A stretch of DNA of 64,000 nucleotides from an uncultured Candidatus Saccharibacteria bacterium (lineage in GTDB: Bacteria; Patescibacteriota; Minisyncoccia; Phycocordibacterales; Zambryskibacteraceae): contig CAYLHJ010000002.1 in NCBI GenBank assembly GCA_964383705.1, positions 1,635 to 65,634 of the forward strand, in the 5' to 3' direction. Of the stretch, positions 10,104 through 19,548 are shown one piece after another. Made by a program: the position numbers and the translations under genes. The number at the start of each line of letters is the position of its first letter. Position 1 is the stretch's first letter. Under the pieces are notes generated by a model that saw nothing but the letters and a program-made list of their open reading frames with translations, ran no database searches and was not told the origin of the DNA.

Positions 10104-11076
10104 AGAAATTTTTTACAGAATAAATATCTTCAGCTTGTTTTTCTTCGGCAGATCTATCATCAATCAAGGGAGCTTTATCGGTATTACTCTCAGCGTTTTC
10201 TAAGACTTCGGATTCATGCCTATTGAGCGCTTCATTTGGATCTTTCGTCACATTAGTTTGAATGATATCTAAAAGACTTCGAAGGTCATCATTTGAAAAA
10301 AAATCAATCATAATCTTACCGCCAACATCTCGACGTTCGATTTGAACCCTAGTACCAAGGGCCTCTCGAAGTTTTTCTTCGAGATCGACCGTTTCTGGAT
10401 CAATTATATTTTCTTTTTTGCGAACCTTATCAAATGCGATGCGACGAGCAATGGCCTCCGCTTCACGCACAGTAAGTTTTTTAAAAATAACTTCTTTAAA
10501 TAGAACAAGTTGTTCATCAGGGCGATCACAAAGCATCATAAGAGGTCTCGCATGACCTTCAGAAATTTTGCCAAAAGATAATGCTTCAAGAATTTCAGGT
10601 GGCAAAGTAAGGAGACGCAATGTGTTTGAAACATACTCTCGACTTTTACCAACCTTTTGAGCAATGACATGGTGCTTAAAACCAAATTCTTTAACAAGGC
10701 GCTCGAATGCGCGAGCGCGATCAACGGCATTTAAATCCTCTCTCTGGATATTTTCAATAATCGCAAGCTCAAGTTTCATCAAGTCGGTGTCATCCCCCGT
10801 CTTTATGAGGACTGGAACTTGGAGAAGGCCAGCCAATTTTGAAGCGCGTAAACGACGCTCACCGGCAATAAGTTCATAATGAACACCAATACCACCTTCT
10901 GGTTTTTCATATTCTTTTCTAGTTACAACAAGGGCCTGAAGAACTCCGTATTGGCGAATTGAATCTGCTAAGCTTTGAAGTTCAGCTTGGTTAAATTCTC
11001 GACGAGGCTGAAAGGGGTTGGGCTCAATTTTGTCTACATCAATCCAAAAAACTGAGTCATTATAAAACTGTGTCAT
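10096..11076 (-). CDS. parB: ParB/Spo0J partition protein
   Basis: PNPFQPRREF, IAGERRLRA, ENIQREDLN, HTH KSREYVSNTLRLL. Confidence 0.95.
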   Translation of the reverse strand: MTQFYNDSVFWIDVDKIEPNPFQPRREFNQAELQSLADSIRQYGVLQALVVTRKEYEKPEGGIGVHYELIAGERRLRASKLAGLLQVPVLIKTGDDTDLMKLELAIIENIQREDLNAVDRARAFERLVKEFGFKHHVIAQKVGKSREYVSNTLRLLTLPPEILEALSFGKISEGHARPLMMLCDRPDEQLVLFKEVIFKKLTVREAEAIARRIAFDKVRKKENIIDPETVDLEEKLREALGTRVQIERRDVGGKIMIDFFSNDDLRSLLDIIQTNVTKDPNEALNRHESEVLENAESNTDKAPLIDDRSAEEKQAEDIYSVKNFSI

Positions 11077-11164
11077 AATGAAATTCTAACATATTCAATT
11101 TACGCTTTCAGCTAAATTGTAAAAGAGTTGTTTTTATTGTAACTTACAGTGGAGTTTGAAAATT

Positions 11165-11248
11165 GCCGGAGTGGTGGAATGGCAGACACGCACGACTCAA
11201 AATCGTGTATCGCAAGATGTGAGGGTTCAAGTCCCTCCTCCGGCACCA
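11165..11248 (+). tRNA. tRNA-Leu(CAA)
   Basis: Acceptor GCCGGAG/CTCCGGC, anticodon loop CT-CAA-AA, long variable arm, encoded CCA. Confidence 0.95.
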
Positions 11249-11270
11249 GTAAATTTAAATTCATTTGAAT

Positions 11271-11298
11271 TTGACAAATCTATATATTATGATATTGT
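11271..11298 (+). promoter_or_regulatory. sigma70-type promoter of the NUDIX cassette
   Basis: TTGACA-16 nt-TATTGT with extended -10 TG. Confidence 0.6.
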
Positions 11299-11341
11299 GG
11301 AGCTAGAATAGTTATTCAAAAACCCAAACCGCAAGGTGGCC

Positions 11342-11767
11342 ATGTCGACACATCACAAACGACGCAGCCAATTTGCGTCAGTCGTGGTCCCAATCACAAT
11401 GGACCGAAGGGTCATCGTAGTCCGTGACCCTAAGGGTCGTCCCCCTCTCTGGAAATTCCCCGGAGGACATCAAGAATTTGGGGAAACCGCAGAGGAATGC
11501 GGAGTGCGTGAGCTCAAAGAAGAAACCGGGGCAACAACAGAAGTGAGTAACCTCAAGCACATCATCTCGCAAGAGAAAGGTGCCCATACTCGCCGGTTCT
11601 TCCTCGCAGAGGGCGTCTGCACAGAAAACCTCAAGGTAATCGGTGACGGAAATCTCGAGGTGAAAATCGCCCTTCCGCATGAGATTCTCGAGATGTCAGA
11701 TTTCGTCTTCGACCACCTGGCCGCAGCGAGAAACATTCTCGATGAGATTCGATTTGGGATTCTGTAA
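11342..11767 (+). CDS. NUDIX hydrolase
   Basis: Nudix box GGHQEFGETAEECGVRELKEETG; GC-richer than flanks. Confidence 0.9.
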   Translation: MSTHHKRRSQFASVVVPITMDRRVIVVRDPKGRPPLWKFPGGHQEFGETAEECGVRELKEETGATTEVSNLKHIISQEKGAHTRRFFLAEGVCTENLKVIGDGNLEVKIALPHEILEMSDFVFDHLAAARNILDEIRFGIL

Positions 11768-11780
11768 CCTGGGCAAGATT

Positions 11781-11810
11781 GGGCGCTAGAGAAATCTGGC
11801 GCCCTTTTTG
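11781..11810 (+). terminator. Intrinsic terminator
   Basis: GGGCGCTAGA-GAAA-TCTGGCGCCC-TTTTT. Confidence 0.85.
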
Positions 11811-11873
11811 ATTTATAGCCATTTTTTATATAAAAACTTGATTTTTTATATAATATATGGTATTATTGAGGAG

Positions 11874-12605
11874 ATGAAAGAATATGCAAAAAAACTAAAA
11901 AGATTGCTCTCGGCGCATAAGAAAGTTTATGTGCTGGCGTTTATTGGTATCATTCTTATACCAAGCTCATTTGTTATTGCTGAAATAAAGAATGATTCTA
12001 CTCCCTACCCGCCAAATCTTTACTCCCAGTGTTTTGATGGTAAAGACAATGATAATGATGGAACAATTGACCTAAAAGACATAGATTGTCCGAAATGTTT
12101 TGATGGAATTGATAATGATTTAGATGGACTTATAGATATAGAAGACCCAGACTGTCCAAAAGCAGAACAAGCAAATAAAGGAGTTTTTAAGGCCGCAGCC
12201 GCAGCTCTCTTATTTGGTGATGCTTCAAAAACCGAAAGACTAGATAATGTAATAGATCTAAATTCTATTCAGGTAATTAATCCAGTTCGCCTTTCCCCTG
12301 CAGAAAGAACTGCTGTTGAGGGTACTGGATGTCTACAAATCATTGTTTACAGAAAGACAATCAGAACTCAGAGCGGAGGAAAACATGAATATGTATTCAA
12401 ATGTGATAATAGATTACCTCGAGGTGAAAAGCTTGATGACATCAAAGAACTTGGTGTAAAAGATTTACCGGGACCAAGACATACAACACCCAAAGACACA
12501 CCTGATACTGTAGACCTACCACCCCCAGTTACTACAAATACTGAAAAGGTTAAATCAGAAAAGTTACCACCACCAATCCTTTTGCCAAAGCCAGAAAAAG
12601 TGTAA
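11874..12605 (+). CDS. Membrane-anchored protein with two C-x-DG-x-DND-x-DG-x-ID Ca-binding-like repeats and a Pro-rich tail
   Basis: GAGGAG-ATG at 11874; N-terminal TM; CFDGKDNDNDGTIDLKDIDC and CFDGIDNDLDGLIDIEDPDC. Confidence 0.7.
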   Translation: MKEYAKKLKRLLSAHKKVYVLAFIGIILIPSSFVIAEIKNDSTPYPPNLYSQCFDGKDNDNDGTIDLKDIDCPKCFDGIDNDLDGLIDIEDPDCPKAEQANKGVFKAAAAALLFGDASKTERLDNVIDLNSIQVINPVRLSPAERTAVEGTGCLQIIVYRKTIRTQSGGKHEYVFKCDNRLPRGEKLDDIKELGVKDLPGPRHTTPKDTPDTVDLPPPVTTNTEKVKSEKLPPPILLPKPEKV

Positions 12606-12642
12606 TATTCGAGGATAATCTTGCACGTGTTCCCATATTGTT

Positions 12643-13548
12643 ATGAAAAAAAAGATGGTCATTGCTGTTATTGGACCAACTGCAACTGGGAAAAGTGCCT
12701 TAGCAGTAAAAATTTCGAAGAAAATTAATGGGGAGATAATATCTGCGGACTCAAGACAGGTATACAGGGACCTCACAATCGGATCAGGAAAAATCACTAA
12801 GAAAGAGATGCGCGGTATACCCCATCATCTTATTGATGTTGCTAGTCCAAAAAAGATTTTTACAGTTTCCGACTTCCAATCAAGCGCGCTAAAGAAGATA
12901 GAAGAAATACACTCAAGAAATAAAATTCCTGTAATTTGTGGAGGAAGCGGTCTTTATATTGATTCGATTGTTTATGAAAGCAAATTTCCAGAAGTTCCAC
13001 CAAATAGAAAACTGCGAAAAGACCTACAGAAAAAATCGGCAGAAGAGCTTTTAGAAAAACTTAAGAAAATTGATCCAGAGAGGGCCGATAAAATCGATCC
13101 ACACAATAAAGTAAGAATTGTCCGCGCTCTTGAAATTGCTGAAAGGTTAGGAAAAGTTCCTCCTCTTCAAGCAAATAAATTGAAATATAAAACTCTTTTT
13201 ATAGGACTTAAATTAGAAAAAGATGAGCAAAGAATTGCAATAGCCAAAAGACTCAAAAAAAGGATTTCTGCTGGGCTTATCGCTGAAGCAAAAAAATTAA
13301 CAAAAGAAGGTCTCTCCTATAAAAGGATGAATGAATTGGGGCTAGAATACAGATACCTTGCAGAATATCTACAGAACAAAATAACGAAAGAGAAAATGGT
13401 TTCTCAACTTGAGAATGCCATTTTCCAATTCAGTAAAAGACAGATGACTTGGTTTAAAAGAAATAAAAAGATATTTTGGCTTAATCCAAATAAAAAAGGA
13501 GACTACAAAAAAGCGCTGGGTTTATCTAAAAAATTCCTAAAAAGTTAG
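12643..13548 (+). CDS. miaA: tRNA dimethylallyltransferase
   Basis: GPTATGKS, ISADSRQVY, GGSGLY, KRQMTWF. Confidence 0.96.
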   Translation: MKKKMVIAVIGPTATGKSALAVKISKKINGEIISADSRQVYRDLTIGSGKITKKEMRGIPHHLIDVASPKKIFTVSDFQSSALKKIEEIHSRNKIPVICGGSGLYIDSIVYESKFPEVPPNRKLRKDLQKKSAEELLEKLKKIDPERADKIDPHNKVRIVRALEIAERLGKVPPLQANKLKYKTLFIGLKLEKDEQRIAIAKRLKKRISAGLIAEAKKLTKEGLSYKRMNELGLEYRYLAEYLQNKITKEKMVSQLENAIFQFSKRQMTWFKRNKKIFWLNPNKKGDYKKALGLSKKFLKS

Positions 13549-13588
13549 ATTTGAAAGGGCAAGGAAATCTGATAACATGAACTTCCAT

Positions 13589-13659
13589 GGGAGCTTAGTT
13601 AAGTGGTATAACTGCGGTCTCCAAAACCGCTGTCGAGGGTTCGATTCCTTCAGCTCCCG
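13589..13659 (+). tRNA. tRNA-Trp(CCA)
   Basis: GGGAGCT/AGCTCCC acceptor, GCGGT-CT CCA AA-ACCGC anticodon arm. Confidence 0.93.
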
Positions 13660-13685
13660 CAACTTGTAAAGTCGACAATAATCAC

Positions 13686-13733
13686 AAGAAATAACAAAAT
13701 CCCCGCAATATTGCGGGGATTTTGTTATTTCTT
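13686..13733. terminator. 48-bp perfect palindrome; likely bidirectional terminator between tRNA-Trp and rpmG
   Basis: AAGAAATAACAAAATCCCCGCAAT|ATTGCGGGGATTTTGTTATTTCTT. Confidence 0.8.
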
Positions 13734-13880
13734 TGCTTCTTTAAAAACTACTCGTTTACGAAGTTTTTTGCTGTATTTTTTTAGCTCAATTTTTCGCTCA
13801 ACTTTCCTGCGATTTTTACGAGTAAAATAGACCTCTCCGGTCTCTTTGTTTTTAAGCTGTATAAGATTATCCTGTGACAT
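13725..13880 (-). CDS. rpmG: 50S ribosomal protein L33 (Cys-free form)
   Basis: MSQDNLIQL...YFTRKNRRKVERKIELKKYSKKLRKRVVFKEAKK. Confidence 0.9.
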   Translation of the reverse strand: MSQDNLIQLKNKETGEVYFTRKNRRKVERKIELKKYSKKLRKRVVFKEAKK

Positions 13881-13989
13881 AGAGCACTTAAGATACCATA
13901 AACATTTGGAAATGCAACTTTTTTTTGACAAGCATTATAAAGATAATACCTTGAAAAAGTGGGTCCAAAATACTACAATGCTTTAACTT

Positions 13990-14075
13990 GCGTCGGTGGT
14001 AGAGTGGTCAATTACAAGAGACTGTAAATCTCTCGCCTTCGGGCTACGAAGGTTCGAATCCTTCCCGGCGCACCA
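13990..14075 (+). tRNA. tRNA-Tyr(GTA)
   Basis: AGAGA-CT GTA AA-TCTCT anticodon arm, long variable arm, encoded CCA. Confidence 0.95.
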
Positions 14076-14080
14076 AAATA

Positions 14081-14115
14081 AAAATTAAAACCAGCATTAT
14101 GCTGGTTTTAATTTT
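14081..14115. terminator. Bidirectional terminator between tRNA-Tyr and clpB
   Basis: AAAATTAAAACCAGCAT-T-ATGCTGGTTTTAATTTT inverted repeat. Confidence 0.75.
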
Positions 14116-14139
14116 GGATAATTATTTTGCAATCTTATC

Positions 14140-16830
14140 CTAAGAAGTTTTCTCTCTTGATTCTAGAAGATTCTCAACCCAAAGACTTCCCTTTCTCCCT
14201 TTTTTAACTTCAAAGGTAAATTCTCCATTTTTTACATCAGCATATATTGAGCCACCTTTAAGAATGCCTTTGGAAATCATAAGAGATGCTACTGGCGTCA
14301 AAATCTTATTTTGAATCATTCGCTTTAGAGGTCGTGCGCCGTATTGAGGATTGTATCCTTCCTTAACTAAAAATTCCAAAGCATTTGGAGAGACATCGAG
14401 AACAATCTCTTTTTGGAGAAGTCTTTCTTTGACCTGCTCAACTTGGATTTTTACGATATCACGAACAGCTTCGGGTGAAAGAATATTAAATAGGATGATG
14501 TCGTCGAGACGATTCAAAAATTCTGGACGGAAACTTTCTTTTACCGCCTCCATAACCTTTACCTTTGCTTCTTCGTAGTTGTCTTTATCGGCACCTTTTT
14601 CCGCAAAACCAATTTTTTCCATCTTATCAATAAATTGCGCGCCTATATTTGAAGTGAGAATTATGACTGTGTTTTTGAAATTAACCACTCTCCCCTTAGC
14701 ATCTGTCAAACGGCCATTATCAAGCACTTGAAGAAGGATGTTAAATACTTCTGGATGAGCTTTTTCTATTTCGTCAAAAAGAATCACAGAATACGGGCGA
14801 TGACGAACCATTTCTGTAAGATTTCCGCCTTCTTCATGACCCACATATCCTGGAGGAGCACCAATGAGCTTAGAGACAGCATGACGCTCCATAAACTCGG
14901 ACATATCGATTCTTATAAGAGCTTTTTCATCATCAAAAAGAAACTCTGCCAAAGCCTTCGTAAGCTCGGTTTTCCCGACCCCAGTCGGACCCAAAAATAT
15001 AAAAGAACCAATCGGCCGATTAGGGTCAGATATTCCCGCCCTGGATCGCTTTATGGTATCGGAAATTTTCTGAACAGCTTCATCTTGACCAATAATGCGC
15101 TTTTTTAGGAAGTACTCCATTCGACCCAGACGCTCTGCTTCTTCTTCAAGCATTCGAGAAACTGGAATACCTGTCCAACGAGAGACAATGTCAGCAATAT
15201 CTTGCTCAGTAATTTCTTCTTTCAAAATCCTACGAGAACTTTGGAGTCTCTTTAAGCGCTTTGATTTTGCATCCAATTCTTTCTCTAAATTTGGTATTTT
15301 CCCATATCGTATTTCAGCGGCTGTCGATAAATCAGCTCTTATTTCCGCCGCTTCCGCTTCAAGTCTTAAAGATTCCAAATCTTTTTTAATTTTTTTAATA
15401 TCACCGACTGTTTCTTTTTCATTTTTCCACTTTAGTTCAATTTCAGAAGTTTTTTCTTTTAGATCTGCGATGTTTTGATCTATCTCTTTTACCCTAACCT
15501 TTGTCTTTGGGTTCTTTGTAGTTCCTAATTCTTTTTTAAGGGCTTCGCGCTCAATCTCCAACTTCATAATTCTTGAGTGGGTCTCCTCAAGTACTGGGGG
15601 CATATTTTCCAATGAGATTTTTAAATGCGAGGCAGATTCATCAATGAGATCAACGGCCTTATCTGGGAGAAATCTGTCAGTAATATAACGACTCGATAAA
15701 TTAACCGCAGACACTATGGCATCGTCAGTGATTCGAACACCATGATAAAGTTCATATTTTTCTTTAAGTCCACGCAAAATGGTTATTGCATCTTCTTGAG
15801 ATGGCTCATTAACAAAAACCGGTTGGAATCTGCGTGTTAAGGCCGGGTCTTTTTCAATATATTTTTGGTATTCCTTAAGTGTTGTAGCACCAATAGCACG
15901 AAGCTCGCCACGAGCAAGAGCGGGCTTTAGCATATTTGAGGCATCAAGAGAACCTTCAGCAGAGCCGGCACCAACAATGGTGTGTATCTCATCAATAAAT
16001 AAAATGACTTTGCCGTCTGATCTCTCAATTTCTTTCAAGATATTTTTTAAACGCTCTTCAAATTCTCCTCGATATTTTGTGCCCGCAATAAGGAGGCCGA
16101 GATCAAGAGAAACTAGTTCCTTATCACGAAGAGATTCTGGAACATTGCCAGACGCCATCTTTAGAGCAAGACCTTCGACAATTGCGGTCTTTCCAACTCC
16201 GGCTTCTCCGATAAGGATTGGATTGTTTTTTGTGCGTCTCGAAAGTATTTGGATAATTCGAGAAATTTCATTATCACGACCAATAACTGGGTCTAATTTA
16301 TTTTGTGATGCAAGTTTTGTAAGACTTCTCGTGTATTTTAGAAGAGATTTGAGTTTCTTTGGTTCCTTTTCCGAATGAGATTTTGTAACACGAAGTTCTT
16401 CTATAACTCGAGTAACTGTAGCTCGGTCAAGTTTAAAGCGTGCAAGTAAATCCCTGGCAGGACCAGGAACATCAATTGCTGCTAAAAATAAATGCTCAGT
16501 TGAGACAAACTCATCACTTAAGCTCTGCGCAATCTTTGCACTACCTTCAATGATCTGCGCAAGTTCGGGTGTAAGAAAAATCTGATATGAGGGGGCAATA
16601 GTAGAAGAAGATTCTGGGGCCTCAATTGATTCTAAAATAGAATCCGTAAGAAGAATTGTATCTACATCTAACTTATCTAAAATAGAAGCGACCATACTCT
16701 CCTCTTGAACAATTAAAGAAGCGAGTAGATGCATAGGGCTAACATGATTTTGTCCACGTTCTATCGCGAGCTCGTGCGCCTTGCGAATTGCCTCCTTTGC
16801 TTTAGTTGTGAATTGATTAAAGGGGTGCAT
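14140..16830 (-). CDS. clpB: ClpB-type Hsp100 chaperone
   Basis: Clp-N domain, [15 protein letters not shown], long coiled-coil M domain (AAEIRYG), [17 protein letters not shown]. Confidence 0.92.
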   Translation of the reverse strand: MHPFNQFTTKAKEAIRKAHELAIERGQNHVSPMHLLASLIVQEESMVASILDKLDVDTILLTDSILESIEAPESSSTIAPSYQIFLTPELAQIIEGSAKIAQSLSDEFVSTEHLFLAAIDVPGPARDLLARFKLDRATVTRVIEELRVTKSHSEKEPKKLKSLLKYTRSLTKLASQNKLDPVIGRDNEISRIIQILSRRTKNNPILIGEAGVGKTAIVEGLALKMASGNVPESLRDKELVSLDLGLLIAGTKYRGEFEERLKNILKEIERSDGKVILFIDEIHTIVGAGSAEGSLDASNMLKPALARGELRAIGATTLKEYQKYIEKDPALTRRFQPVFVNEPSQEDAITILRGLKEKYELYHGVRITDDAIVSAVNLSSRYITDRFLPDKAVDLIDESASHLKISLENMPPVLEETHSRIMKLEIEREALKKELGTTKNPKTKVRVKEIDQNIADLKEKTSEIELKWKNEKETVGDIKKIKKDLESLRLEAEAAEIRADLSTAAEIRYGKIPNLEKELDAKSKRLKRLQSSRRILKEEITEQDIADIVSRWTGIPVSRMLEEEAERLGRMEYFLKKRIIGQDEAVQKISDTIKRSRAGISDPNRPIGSFIFLGPTGVGKTELTKALAEFLFDDEKALIRIDMSEFMERHAVSKLIGAPPGYVGHEEGGNLTEMVRHRPYSVILFDEIEKAHPEVFNILLQVLDNGRLTDAKGRVVNFKNTVIILTSNIGAQFIDKMEKIGFAEKGADKDNYEEAKVKVMEAVKESFRPEFLNRLDDIILFNILSPEAVRDIVKIQVEQVKERLLQKEIVLDVSPNALEFLVKEGYNPQYGARPLKRMIQNKILTPVASLMISKGILKGGSIYADVKNGEFTFEVKKGRKGSLWVENLLESREKTS

Positions 16831-16898
16831 ATTAGATTTATATTATGATACTTAACATATTAAGTAAAGAAAATCAAACTCCCTTTCCGACCAAATTT

Positions 16899-17693
16899 CT
16901 ATTTTATTTGGGAAAGCTCTTGACCTATGACACTTGAAGGAACAAAAGTCTCATTCCCCAATGAAAGACTGACACGGATACCTATGATTTCTGAAGACAA
17001 ATTAATGAGGGGTGCACCAACAACACTCGGCACTGCCGTGATATCTGTTTCAATCAATGAAACAGTATTCAAAGCTGACTCTTGTAAACTTGTAATCCTA
17101 CCAATGTAAACAGTGTTCTTGCTTTCCCCATCAAGCGCAATTACTGACTGCCCTAGTTGAGGACGACCAGAACTCAAAGTTGTTACAACTTGAGGAATAA
17201 CTTGATCTTCTCTTTTATCAATCCTAAAAAAGGCAAGATTGTGTTCTGAACCCATTAAAATAAATTTTGCGGAAAACTCTTGCCCGTCTTCAAAAACGAT
17301 TGTGTATGACCCCGAAGCGCTGACATTTTCTCGTTTTGCCGAAACAACAATCCCTTCGCTTGAAACAAGAAAGCCCATACCATAAAAAGGTTTTTGCCCA
17401 TTTGCAAGTCTGTCATCCCAAATACGAACCGTGCTTTTGGTATTTTTTTCAATCGCCTCAATTACTTGATCTTCCTCTTTTACAACAACCGTCACCTCTT
17501 TCACCGTCTCAGTGTTTCCAATTTCAGGAGAAACATTTTCAATCGTTTTTTCAACAACACGATTAATTACTTGAGTCACTCCGGGAGGCGCTTCTTGAAG
17601 AAGCGTGGTGGTTATAATACCCGTAGCAATCGAAGTGACGAAGCTTACAAGAAGCGTTAAAAGAATGAGTTGATTTTTATTTAAATCATTCAT
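16899..17693 (-). CDS. Membrane-anchored trypsin-like (S1/HtrA-fold) protein with apparently missing catalytic residues
   Basis: N-terminal TM; GMGFLVSSEGIVVS, LAFFRI, LGQSVIAL, IETD, GAPLINLSSEIIGI. Confidence 0.75.
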   Translation of the reverse strand: MNDLNKNQLILLTLLVSFVTSIATGIITTTLLQEAPPGVTQVINRVVEKTIENVSPEIGNTETVKEVTVVVKEEDQVIEAIEKNTKSTVRIWDDRLANGQKPFYGMGFLVSSEGIVVSAKRENVSASGSYTIVFEDGQEFSAKFILMGSEHNLAFFRIDKREDQVIPQVVTTLSSGRPQLGQSVIALDGESKNTVYIGRITSLQESALNTVSLIETDITAVPSVVGAPLINLSSEIIGIRVSLSLGNETFVPSSVIGQELSQIK

Positions 17694-17734
17694 ATGTAGC
17701 TATATAATACGAGAAAAAACAAGTGCAATCAATA

Positions 17735-18922
17735 TTAAGAAATAATCTTTTTTAGAATCTTCAATAAATAGACAATATCTTCTCGTCTGGTTTCCCTTCC
17801 GAGAGTAAATCGTAGCGATGATTCACTGCATTCTGGTCGGCCCAAAGACTCAACAACATATGATCGAACATTTTCACTCAAACTCCTACAAGAGCTTGAT
17901 GAAGAAACAGCAATCCCGTGCGCATCCAACTGAATGACAGCGAACTCTCCATCAATATTAGGGAAGCAGACATTAACATTATTTGGCAAACGATTTTCCA
18001 AACTTCCATTAAGTTGCGACTTTGGAAATGCTTTCTTGATTTCACTTGCTAAATAATTACGAAGTTTCATCAAACGCCTTGTTTCGGCCTCACTATCAGA
18101 CTGAACCACAGAAAGAGCCTTAGAAAAGCCAATAATTAGAGGGACATTTTCTGTGCCGGATCTCAGACCCATCTCTTGACCACCGCCAACTATTATTGGA
18201 CTAATTTCTACCCCCTTTCTAACATATAAAAGCCCAATACCTTTGGGACCATATAACTTTGAAGCATCTAGGGTCATTAGGTCGACGTGAAGTTCAGATG
18301 TCTTCAAGCTAAGATAGTTCCCCGCCTGACTCGCATCAGTATGAAAATAAGGAAAAGTTTTATTTTTTATTTTATTTTCTTTAAATAGCCTAATGGTCTT
18401 TGAAATTTCTCTTAGAGGTTGAATAGTGCCAATCTCATTATTGGCATACATTATTGTGACAAGAACAGTATTGTCTCTCAGATTTTTTTTCAAATCCGCA
18501 AGACTCACAAAACCATTTCTATCGACCGGCAAGTATGTCACTGGGTAACCCCTTTTTTCCATTTTTAAAAGCGCCTCCATAACAGCAGGATGTTCAAATG
18601 ATGAAGCAATAATGTGAGGATTTTTGACACGCCCTTCTAATGATTCAATTAGACCAAAAATTGCCAGATTATTTGACTCAGTACCGCTTGCAGTAAAGAC
18701 AATCTCATCGCTATGCGCCCTCAAAATTCTAGCGATATTTTCCCTTGCCAGCTTAATTGCATTCTTCGCAATGACTCCCTCTTTATAAAGAGCCGAAGCG
18801 TTTGAGAAATCCTTAGAAAAAAATCTGTGCATTGCTTTAAAAACCTCAGGTAAGATTGGCGTAGCTGAAGCGTAATCGAGAAAGACTCTTTTTTTGTCCC
18901 CCATGATATCTATTCTTTTCAT
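17735..18922 (-). CDS. iscS: Cysteine desulfurase (IscS/NifS)
   Basis: FLDYASATP, FTASGTESNN, HTDASQ, SKLYGPKG, RSGTENV, SSSSSC. Confidence 0.92.
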   Translation of the reverse strand: MKRIDIMGDKKRVFLDYASATPILPEVFKAMHRFFSKDFSNASALYKEGVIAKNAIKLARENIARILRAHSDEIVFTASGTESNNLAIFGLIESLEGRVKNPHIIASSFEHPAVMEALLKMEKRGYPVTYLPVDRNGFVSLADLKKNLRDNTVLVTIMYANNEIGTIQPLREISKTIRLFKENKIKNKTFPYFHTDASQAGNYLSLKTSELHVDLMTLDASKLYGPKGIGLLYVRKGVEISPIIVGGGQEMGLRSGTENVPLIIGFSKALSVVQSDSEAETRRLMKLRNYLASEIKKAFPKSQLNGSLENRLPNNVNVCFPNIDGEFAVIQLDAHGIAVSSSSSCRSLSENVRSYVVESLGRPECSESSLRFTLGRETRREDIVYLLKILKKIIS

Positions 18923-19053
18923 GGCAAATTCATACCACTTTTAAGACATTTTGTATATTGATCCCCCATAGAGTTAATTGTTAAATTAATTGCAAATAGG
19001 AGTTTTTTTTGTATAATTGACCTCTCTCTATCGTTATTTTTAAAAGCAAATAT

Positions 19054-19548
19054 ATGCCTATTTTTGAGACCGAAGTGGTCATTTATATTCTAGTTGGATT
19101 GATGGTTATCCTGATTTCGTGGATTATACGATTAGAAGTAAGGCTTCATAAGATATTGGGTGGGAAAAAAGCACAAAGTGTAGAAAATGTCATAACAAGT
19201 ATCCAAAGCGATATGAAGGATATGCAGTCGTTTAAGTTAGACTCCATAAACTATCTAAAAAATATCGAAGCTCGACTAAAAAGGAGCATTCAGGCAATTG
19301 AGACAATACGTTTTAATCCATTTAAAGGTAGTGGGTCTGGCGGAAATCAAAGCTTCTCTACTGTATTTATGAGTGAAAAAGGTGATGGCGTTGTCGTATC
19401 AAGTCTTTACTCCAGAGACCATATAAGTGTTTTTTCAAAACCTCTGAAAAAATTTTCTTCAGAATTTGAAATGACAGAAGAAGAGCGTGAAGTAACACAG
19501 AAAGCAAAGGAATCTCTCGTTTACCAAAATCAGAATGAAAAAAACTGA
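19054..19548 (+). CDS. DUF4446-like membrane protein
   Basis: N-terminal TM; RFNPF..GGNQSFS, GVVVSSLYSR, SKP, EEE pattern. Confidence 0.75.
   Translation: MPIFETEVVIYILVGLMVILISWIIRLEVRLHKILGGKKAQSVENVITSIQSDMKDMQSFKLDSINYLKNIEARLKRSIQAIETIRFNPFKGSGSGGNQSFSTVFMSEKGDGVVVSSLYSRDHISVFSKPLKKFSSEFEMTEEEREVTQKAKESLVYQNQNEKN

Noticed and set aside
14351-16378. Long antisense ORFs within clpB (similar ones in ftsZ, infB, topA)
   Set aside because: Typical antisense shadows of conserved genes, with no independent evidence.
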